The position numbers and the translations under genes are program-made. Shown here piece after piece: positions 56,438-64,000 of a stretch of 64,000 nucleotides of DNA. This DNA is from Schizosaccharomyces osmophilus (taxonomy: Eukaryota): assembly GCF_027921745.1 (NCBI RefSeq), contig NC_079239.1, positions 1,674,001-1,738,000 on the forward strand. The letters are read 5' to 3'. The first letter of the stretch is position 1; the number at the start of each line of letters is the position of its first letter. Under the pieces are notes generated by a model. That model was not told the DNA's origin and ran no database searches. It saw nothing but the letters and a program-made list of their open reading frames with translations.

Positions 56438-58333
56438 ATGTACGACGATACGCCCAGAGGCAATCAGCCTCCTGCGAATGTTAATGATATTGGATCTATG
56501 TATAATTCGCGGGACACCAGTGCTTCCTCCTTTACAAATTTAAATGATTCTTCTACTCGTCTTTTGCACAATGGTTCTAATCATAACGTCAACAGCGGTG
56601 CATTAGCTGTCGGAGTTGGTGGTAGAAGAGCTAGTGGTTATTCTCGCCCGAGTCCCCAAACATATAATAGATATCCTAATGGGGATGCGAGTAATAGCTC
56701 TGGCATGTATTCAACGTCACCTCCTCAAAACAACAGCCTCGTGGATGACATTGAAAACATCAACCGCTTAGAAGCTGTTGCTTTCGCCGGCCCTACAGCT
56801 GGTGACCATGATTTTGCATTGAGCAAAGAAGATAAAGAGATAGATGACTTTTTGCACTATCCTTTACCTGCAAAGGATACTAAAAGAATAAGTTACTTCG
56901 TGGGTGGAGAAGGTTTAATGCAATTGCTTTTCCTTATCTTCCTTATTTCAGGTACCGGTATGCTCTTCATTGGCTTGCCAATTCTCACTTATACTGGACA
57001 TAACGCTCTCGCAAGTACCTCTGATAATGGTATTACCAATCATAAGTTTAGGAGCTTAAGCATTCTTCGTAGCAAGTCTCTTGTCGATCCTGATACTCCT
57101 CAAGATGCTTACACGAAAAATGTCCCACATTTAGGCAATTTAGATTTGGTATTCTCGGATGAATTTAATAAGCCTGGTCGTACATTTTATGATGGTGATG
57201 ATCAGTTTTGGGAAGCTACTGACTTGCACTATGCCGCTACTAGTGATTATGAATATTACGACGCCGATACGCCAACAACAGCAAATGGCACCCTTAGACT
57301 TCGAATGGATGCATTCTTCACTCACAATCTGAATTTCAGGAGTGGTATGATTACGAGTTGGAATAAAATGTGCTTTAAAGGCGGAAGAATAGAGGTTTCC
57401 GCTTCTTTAGGTGGTTCACCAGGAGTTCCTGGTCTATGGCCTGGTATTTGGACAATCGGAAACTTGGTTCGTCCCGGTTATTTAGCTACTTCCGACGGAG
57501 TTTGGCCTTATGCTTATAACAGCTGCGATGCTGGGATCACTCCTAATCAATCTGACCCCAGTGGCATATCGTTCCTTGGTGGACAAAGACTTCCCAGTTG
57601 TGTTTGCGATGACCAAGGATACGAACACCCGAGTCCCGGAAAAGGTCGTGGTGCTCCTGAAATTGATTGTTTAGAAGGGACGTTCGGTGCTGCAATTCCT
57701 TACAATGGATCGGTCCAAATGGAGACTATGCCCGTTGCTTCTCAATCTCTTCAAACTGCTCCTTACGATATGTTTTATTTTCCTAATTACGACTATGTCG
57801 TTGTCTACAACCAAAGTGTTTCAGAAGTTAACGGTTGGACGGGTGGTGTATATCAGCAAGCTTTGTCTGTCGCCACACAATTGAACAATACTTGGTTGGG
57901 TAACAGAGCGTATCAAATATATGGATTTGATTATCAGCCCGGTTACGACGCAGATTCTTTCATTTCATGGTTTGTTGGTGAAAACTATACTTGGACTATG
58001 TACCAACCTGCCATCGGTCCTAATGGAAATGTCGGAGCTCGTGGCGTAAGTGAAGAACCTTTGATTGTTATTCTGAATATGGGTATCTCACCCTCATGGG
58101 TTTACTTTTACTGGTACGAATTAAGTTTCCCTCAAACGCAGTACATTGACTACGTGCGTATTTACCAGGATACTTCGAGTAATTCGAAACATGAGCTTGG
58201 GTGTGATCCTAAAGGCTATCCGACTACGGAGTATATAAGTAAGCATCCTAAAGCCTATCGTGACTACAATACTACTAGTTGGGAAATGGCTGGGTATAAG
58301 CGTCCTAAGAACAAATTGATGGATGGTTGTTAG
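56438..58333 (+). CDS. KRE6/SKN1-family GH16 type II membrane protein (beta-1,6-glucan synthesis)
   Basis: Single TM segment, LVFSDEFN, SGMITSWNKMCF, GLWPGIW, GRGAPEIDCLE and IDYVRIYQ. Confidence 0.93.
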   Translation: MYDDTPRGNQPPANVNDIGSMYNSRDTSASSFTNLNDSSTRLLHNGSNHNVNSGALAVGVGGRRASGYSRPSPQTYNRYPNGDASNSSGMYSTSPPQNNSLVDDIENINRLEAVAFAGPTAGDHDFALSKEDKEIDDFLHYPLPAKDTKRISYFVGGEGLMQLLFLIFLISGTGMLFIGLPILTYTGHNALASTSDNGITNHKFRSLSILRSKSLVDPDTPQDAYTKNVPHLGNLDLVFSDEFNKPGRTFYDGDDQFWEATDLHYAATSDYEYYDADTPTTANGTLRLRMDAFFTHNLNFRSGMITSWNKMCFKGGRIEVSASLGGSPGVPGLWPGIWTIGNLVRPGYLATSDGVWPYAYNSCDAGITPNQSDPSGISFLGGQRLPSCVCDDQGYEHPSPGKGRGAPEIDCLEGTFGAAIPYNGSVQMETMPVASQSLQTAPYDMFYFPNYDYVVVYNQSVSEVNGWTGGVYQQALSVATQLNNTWLGNRAYQIYGFDYQPGYDADSFISWFVGENYTWTMYQPAIGPNGNVGARGVSEEPLIVILNMGISPSWVYFYWYELSFPQTQYIDYVRIYQDTSSNSKHELGCDPKGYPTTEYISKHPKAYRDYNTTSWEMAGYKRPKNKLMDGC

Positions 58334-58735
58334 GCTTTCAAATACTTATGATTTCATGATTTGGGTTCCAATTGACTGCACCTTTATTTCGTTCTTTATT
58401 TTTTCAATTGGCATTAGTATTCATTTTACTCGGTTCCTCTCTTTTTCTTTCTTTTTATAAGATTTCTTTAATTTGTTGCATATCATGAAACTTATGTAAT
58501 TTGATTACATTTAAAATTCAAAAGTTTTGTTCTTTCTAGTGTGTTTAATCTTAACTCAATAAAAATGCCAAAAAATTTATAAAGTAAGACCCCATATCAT
58601 TAATACGCAGTCAATATTTTATTCATAAAATTGATAAAAATAGAAAATGTGTAGTAGTACTCCATACAGCATGTTCTTATCAAATTGTGTACAGAGCGAT
58701 GTGCTCTTTTAAGTTGTCCTTACTCCCTTATTCAT

Positions 58736-60274
58736 TTACAGGTTCATACCTGAAGAGGACTGCATAGAAAGTAACGTTGGGGTGGCAGTAGACGACTGAA
58801 AAGGTGAGACATTACTAGAGGAATCCTTTGACTGTAAGCGCTGCTCAATTTTCTTTTTGGCTGCAATGCATTCTCTTTTCATATAGAGTTTTTCTTTATA
58901 AGTTTCTTGGGCAAATAAATCCAATTCTTGAGACTTAAGTCGTACATGTTGATCTAAATAATCAAAATGGGAAAGCTTGGAATCAATCAACTTCAATTGG
59001 GTGTCCATAGCCTCTTTCATAGTAGTTGACATTCGTTTTTCCTCGTCAGAAAGATAATCTTCAGATATATCATAGCTGGCATTGTCAATATCCATACTTT
59101 CATCTTTGATATGTGATGGAGTACGACTTTCAACTTCTTTAGTTGAATTGTTTCCAGCATTAACTGAATTTAAGTTTTTGAGTGAAGACGGCGTCACCAA
59201 TTTTGATAGTAATGTCACGACAGACAAAACCGGACTTTTGTCTTGTAAAGGACGCACTCCGGGATATGGGGTAGAGGAAGATTGAAAAAGCTCCCTATCT
59301 GTAGAAGGAAGATTTAGAAATTTCAATATACATTGCTCTATCGTTTTGGTGCCAACATGCCTGGAAATTTCGGACCAGTCCTCTGGGAACATATCAAGGC
59401 CTTCATATAAAAGGTTCATTTCTTGTGAGGTCCAATGCGTATTATCCTTTTTCGAAAAAGGATCAATTTTTCTATAATTATGAGGTGTTTTTGGTGGAGG
59501 AAATCTTTCTTGGTCGTAGCAAACCGAACAAATTGAATGAGGAGGGTCGGAATCGCTAGTATAGTAAGTGCCGCTAAGAATGCAACTGCAAGAATAGCAA
59601 TGAGTAGGAGCTGGTGCTTCTTTTTTTTCAATGTTTTGATTTTCCATGGCAGCCGGAGACGGTCGTGGAGCATTGCCCTTCAAAGTCTCCTCAACCTCAG
59701 AGTCATAGATATTTTTGCGGAGAATAGAAGGTTGTAGATTATATGGTTGAGTACGAGGAATAGAGGAAGGAGGGGGAGGGACAAGAGGTGCCAATCCTCT
59801 CGGAGTATCAGCCAAAACTTGAAAATGGCTTGTAGAAGGCGGGACAATTTTTGAGGGTCGTGTAGAAGGGTCTACATTATAGTTTATAAGTCCCCATTGT
59901 TCCAAGAATCGATGGACACGTAAAACAGCACAAACATCGCCTGCTAAATTACGTCTACAAGCAGTAAATGTCAGGTAGGCTTTCGGATTTAGTCGAAAAG
60001 CGCAAATCATGAAATCACGATACTCTTTGTAAACTTGAGGAGTTTTAGAAGAATTCTTATTGTCAAAGAACTCGGGGTTGCTGTTTCTCTCAATCTCATG
60101 TATATTACTGAAATCAAACCACTGAGCCCATTCAGGAATTTCTACAGAAGGTAATTGACTCAGTAAAAACTCTTTAGCTTCATCCTTCGGCTCATTGTCT
60201 TCTAATTCTATTTTTTCTTCCTCAATATCCATAGGAACGTTAGAATCGGTAGGAAGTTGGACTGGCTCAGACAT
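58736..60274 (-). CDS. ssr1: SWI/SNF-RSC SWIRM/ZZ/SANT subunit
   Basis: SWIRM domain (YLTFTACRRNLAGDVCAVLRVHRFLEQWGLINY), ZZ-like Cys cluster and SANT domain (WTSQEMNLLYEGL...W). Confidence 0.85.
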   Translation of the reverse strand: MSEPVQLPTDSNVPMDIEEEKIELEDNEPKDEAKEFLLSQLPSVEIPEWAQWFDFSNIHEIERNSNPEFFDNKNSSKTPQVYKEYRDFMICAFRLNPKAYLTFTACRRNLAGDVCAVLRVHRFLEQWGLINYNVDPSTRPSKIVPPSTSHFQVLADTPRGLAPLVPPPPSSIPRTQPYNLQPSILRKNIYDSEVEETLKGNAPRPSPAAMENQNIEKKEAPAPTHCYSCSCILSGTYYTSDSDPPHSICSVCYDQERFPPPKTPHNYRKIDPFSKKDNTHWTSQEMNLLYEGLDMFPEDWSEISRHVGTKTIEQCILKFLNLPSTDRELFQSSSTPYPGVRPLQDKSPVLSVVTLLSKLVTPSSLKNLNSVNAGNNSTKEVESRTPSHIKDESMDIDNASYDISEDYLSDEEKRMSTTMKEAMDTQLKLIDSKLSHFDYLDQHVRLKSQELDLFAQETYKEKLYMKRECIAAKKKIEQRLQSKDSSSNVSPFQSSTATPTLLSMQSSSGMNL

Positions 60275-60969
60275 TTTGTTTTACTTTTCCCTTAAACAAT
60301 CAAAAACGTGTTTTAAAATCTTGTAAATAATATAAATGTACCTCTGAAAGCCTTGAATTTAAAGAATGTTTAATCTAACAGAAAAGAAACATTAATCATG
60401 CATATAAGACGCTGAGTAGTGTTTGTAAAAAATGGATGGAAAATACGAGGTCCAAAGGCTGAATAGGTGAATTATGTACTAGCTTCATATGGTTGAAATC
60501 TATGAGCGAAGGAAATTATGGGCAACATTATTTGTTTTTTTTTTCCTGTCGTGTTTAATGAAGTACTACTTCAGGTGATAATACGATCGGCACAACTCGG
60601 TTCTCATAAAAAAAAAAGAAAACATTCACAAGATGGAAAAGGAAGGAAACGGTTGATTTGAAGCTTTTTAATATGATTTAAATTATACTTTAAATGAAAT
60701 AAAATGTAAATTTTCCTTTGAAACAGGAATTACTACCAAAATCATTAAAGACTAGCTAGCAACCATAGATGAATGTACTTGCTCATATTAAAAGAATATT
60801 AGTATCGAGATGATAACAAAGGAAACAATCAAAGCACATTAAATGTAACACAGTTATGGAGAAGAGTCGACAGTGCTGGTCTATGCGCTGACAATGAACG
60901 AATGTCATTCTAAGCAAGCAAACAATTTTCGGAATTTATCTTTTCGTAAAAGTTTTGCCAAAAATGTTT

Positions 60970-61812
60970 TTACTCATGCACTTCTTCTATAGTAGGGTTT
61001 CTCGGACCAGTTTTTGAGGAAGTACCTGTGTAATGAGGTTCGGCAGATGTGGATGTAGCAGCAGAGGATTGTTTTTCCGTAGAGCTAACGGAAGGGGAAG
61101 TATTTTTAAAATTGTTTTTTCCTTTCTTAGACTTCACTTCTGGTTTAGTATTATGCCAAGCCCAAACCGGTTTGAAACTATCACAAAAGCCGACGTCAGC
61201 GAGTAAATTAGGGAACAACCAAAGTCCAGGACTTGCAACAAGAGCAGTGAGACAATAGAATATAAAACGAAAGACGACCAAGGCAAAAAACAAAACTATA
61301 ATCCCCAAACCGGCCATACTAAGATACCAAGCTCCTATACGCATAGACATAGGCCACAGAGGGAATAGAACAAGTGTTAGTACAAGTAAAGCAAACAAAA
61401 CTGCTAAAACGATAACACGCTTTTGCAAAGGCTCATACAGCCAGACGTAGTGCATGTCATCCTGGAAATCTTGCGTCCGATTCACTTGCAGCTCCACAAC
61501 CTGCTGCTTTTTTTGCTTTGGGGGAAGCTTGTCAACGCGAACCATCATAGAGTTCATGATTAAAAGCTTGAACACGTCAACCACATCTTCGCGTGTTGAA
61601 ATAGAGGGAAATCCTTTTACCTTTTTCGGTGGGTACGAATCTGAGGTTAAAAACCGATAAGCTCTTTTCACTCTAAAATAGTAGACACGTTTTCCATTAA
61701 GTATCGCAGGCTTTGTTTTCAACTCTGGGCGAGATTTCAAATAGTTTGTGAATCGGATGGCAAACGCACGCGTTTCTTGGTCATTCTGGGCAGGTATGGT
61801 AGGATTATTCAT
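60970..61812 (-). CDS. sec62: ER translocon subunit Sec62
   Basis: YYFRVKRA, LFPLWP, GLWLFPNLLADVGFCDSFKP and two TM segments. Confidence 0.93.
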   Translation of the reverse strand: MNNPTIPAQNDQETRAFAIRFTNYLKSRPELKTKPAILNGKRVYYFRVKRAYRFLTSDSYPPKKVKGFPSISTREDVVDVFKLLIMNSMMVRVDKLPPKQKKQQVVELQVNRTQDFQDDMHYVWLYEPLQKRVIVLAVLFALLVLTLVLFPLWPMSMRIGAWYLSMAGLGIIVLFFALVVFRFIFYCLTALVASPGLWLFPNLLADVGFCDSFKPVWAWHNTKPEVKSKKGKNNFKNTSPSVSSTEKQSSAATSTSAEPHYTGTSSKTGPRNPTIEEVHE

Positions 61813-62379
61813 GCTAAATTCCCTTTCTATGAAATTTTCTTTCGTTTTTGGAGAAAAGGTAGATGCTCTGGATACGTTCGTAATCTACATTTGTGGGTAA
61901 CGAAGTTCGTTCTTCCAGTGTAATAGGATGTGTTTGATGATATGCTAACCCAAAGAGAGGCTGATTTCTACAGGTAAACATAAAGAAATGAAATCTTACT
62001 CTCTATTAGAAAAAGTAATAAAAAATAAAAAACCTTTGATATGCAGAAGGTCTTTATGTAAAAGTGGTAACATCATCATATAAAAATGTTTCGTAGTATT
62101 TAGTATGAAAGTAGCGGATTTCTGTATTTCTAACGTTTGAGCTGGAGCTTGTAGGTTTCAATTAAATGTAATTAACTACGGTCAATTGGCATTATATTCG
62201 TTCAAAGTAATTTCGACATGTCTGGGCTCTAGAACATAATCATGGGGACAGTCAAAAACAAAAGAAGGTTGGATCATTTTTAATTAACAAACCGTTGCAC
62301 TTATTTTAAGAGTAAGTGAACTTGATACCGGCAAAAAGTAGCCTTAACAAAGTGAAAACAAACGAAGAGGGAATTGACG

Positions 62380-63975
62380 TTAAGATACATTCAGTTCTTC
62401 AATGCTTTCTTCAAGCTTCCGAATTTCATCCTGCAAAGGCCTTAAACTTTGCACTAGAGTATCTACTTCGGAGAACTTTCGTTTAAGTTTGGCCTTTCGT
62501 ATCATGTCTTCAACAAGGAACACTTGTTCCTCTATCACGATTTTCATCTGCATATATTCATTTTGCTTTTCTTCAGCTTCTTTCTTCCTAGCTAGTGTAT
62601 CTTGTTCCATCTGTGAAGACCAGCTTTGTCCAACTTGGAGCCGAGGAATAGCTTGTAAATGAAGAGCTGTCTCTTGTAAGAAGCTCTTTCCTTCGGCACA
62701 TATGCAATGTTTTAGGCGTTCTTCGTCTTCTGTATTTACTGAATAAGAGGAAATTTTTTTGATCGTAGATTCATACTTCAAGCACAAGTCTGAAAATCTT
62801 TGACGAACTTCCTTCGTTTTGCGTAGCAACTCTTGAGTGACTACACTTCCACTCAGTAATTCTGCCAAGTTTTCTTTGTATAATTTGATGTAGTTTTGAA
62901 GCGCATGGCGAAACACCTGTAAATGGTTGATGTGTAATACATACCCCGGAATATGCTTCTTGTCTTTTCGAAAGGCGAGGGTTTTGAAATAATTTTGATT
63001 GCACGAATTGCAAATCAAAAGATTTTGGAAATGATTCGAATGCAAAATTTCGAGCACACAGAATCGACAAACAACTCTTCCACATAACCGACAATGCCGC
63101 CGACGGCGAGTTAAAGTAAACTCGTTTTCACATTCAGGACACGTTTCCACCTCTGAGTCTTCTTGCCAATTTACAATTTCCTGTTCCATTTTCTTTGCTT
63201 TGTTCTTCAGTAACGCATCTAAAACGGATACCTCTTCGGAGGACCATAGAAATTGAAGTCGCTGCATGCGCTTCTCTAAACGAAGAAACTCGATCCTCCT
63301 TTTGTCAGCAATCGGCTTCCGAAAGCTTTCGAAGGTGGGAAATCGAGAACGAGATTGGCCATGTACATCGTCGTAGCCTGGCCGATTTTCGTAACATTGT
63401 TTGCATACGCGGGACCAAAATCCAAAATCTGGATCATAACCTGCTGAAACCGAAAGCTTAGCTTGGTATAGAGTATGATAGTTGCAAAATACATAACCAC
63501 ACCTGCGACAATGGATACGTCCATTCACAAAATTTAAGACTTTGTCACAAGTGGGATCATAGCATTTCATATCGGCAACTTCTGGTTGCCAATGCTCTCT
63601 CGCAATAACCGGATCCGTAAGCTTTGTAGCTTCAATACCGATAGCACCAGTCTGATCCCCATTTTGTTCATAAGGTTCCAGCTTCAGCAACCGCTGGGCA
63701 GCTTTTGCGTGCAGGGTAGTGGCTCCATTGATCGTTCTCAAAAACCAAGAATTGACAAAGTCTTGATGCTTTGGCTGTGTTTCTTCTTCCAGGGTAATAT
63801 GAGTGATGTCTATGTGATCATTTAAGGACTGTAAGTTTGGTAACTCCAACCCACAAATTGGGCATTCAACGGATCTTTGAAGACTAATCGATTCGCTTAA
63901 ACTCTCGCTGTGATTAGTACTCCTTGAATTGTTCGATGGAACTCGAGCGCCAATTCGTCTTTTGCCATTTTGCAT
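62380..63975 (-). CDS. pep7: FYVE-domain Rab5 effector Pep7/Vac1 (rabenosyn)
   Basis: N-terminal C2H2 finger (CPIC...LNDHID.TH), two FYVE fingers (IHCRRCG, RRRHCRLCG) and a C-terminal Rab-binding coiled coil. First ATG 63975. Confidence 0.92.
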   Translation of the reverse strand: MQNGKRRIGARVPSNNSRSTNHSESLSESISLQRSVECPICGLELPNLQSLNDHIDITHITLEEETQPKHQDFVNSWFLRTINGATTLHAKAAQRLLKLEPYEQNGDQTGAIGIEATKLTDPVIAREHWQPEVADMKCYDPTCDKVLNFVNGRIHCRRCGYVFCNYHTLYQAKLSVSAGYDPDFGFWSRVCKQCYENRPGYDDVHGQSRSRFPTFESFRKPIADKRRIEFLRLEKRMQRLQFLWSSEEVSVLDALLKNKAKKMEQEIVNWQEDSEVETCPECENEFTLTRRRRHCRLCGRVVCRFCVLEILHSNHFQNLLICNSCNQNYFKTLAFRKDKKHIPGYVLHINHLQVFRHALQNYIKLYKENLAELLSGSVVTQELLRKTKEVRQRFSDLCLKYESTIKKISSYSVNTEDEERLKHCICAEGKSFLQETALHLQAIPRLQVGQSWSSQMEQDTLARKKEAEEKQNEYMQMKIVIEEQVFLVEDMIRKAKLKRKFSEVDTLVQSLRPLQDEIRKLEESIEELNVS

Positions 63976-64000
63976 TCTAGATTCTTTTGCCAATTCTCTC

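Noticed and set aside
1..64000. tRNA genes, LTR/transposon remnants, CRISPR arrays, telomerase RNA near pof8
   Set aside because: No tRNA box A/B cloverleaf, TG..CA LTR, RT/integrase motif, spaced repeat array or telomere-template signature was recognised by eye. A tRNAscan/RepeatMasker/Infernal run would be needed to exclude degenerate copies.

Overview
A gene-dense segment of a fission-yeast (Schizosaccharomyces) chromosome. It is not S. pombe itself: the proteins are clearly diverged from my recollection of the S. pombe orthologues, which fits the S. octosporus/cryophilus/osmophilus clade. It carries about 26 recognisable or credible protein genes, many with short GT..CTAAC..YAG introns, in two blocks. 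The left block is pds5 (truncated), ppk1, ctr1, arb1, gar2, sdh2, arv1, pof15, an uncharacterised gene, alo1, mse1, ypt71, ase1, a conserved fungal gene and a SERINC/TMS1 gene. The right block is noc201, swi2, sgt2, rqc1, pof8, ysh1, fsf1, uap56, slt1, cul1, a KRE6-like GH16 gene, ssr1, sec62 and pep7. The blocks meet at a dispersed 5S rRNA gene (34133-34251, minus strand). Beside it, at about 33295-34091, is a decayed, spliced membrane-protein relic missed by the ORF track. It has hallmarks of a wtf poison-antidote meiotic-driver gene: a DLEKG motif, introns, a hydrophobic core, upstream forkhead/FLEX sites and 5S adjacency. This is the most interesting locus, although the wtf system itself is already known. 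Other leads are a cluster of microprotein ORFs with possible alternative 3' splicing (about 6.0-7.1 kb), a recent 108-bp tandem expansion in gar2, an unusually long and structured ypt71 intron, a structured sdh2 3' UTR element and several uORF or promoter motif clusters. Gene names come from recognised motifs and remembered S. pombe synteny; no database search was run.
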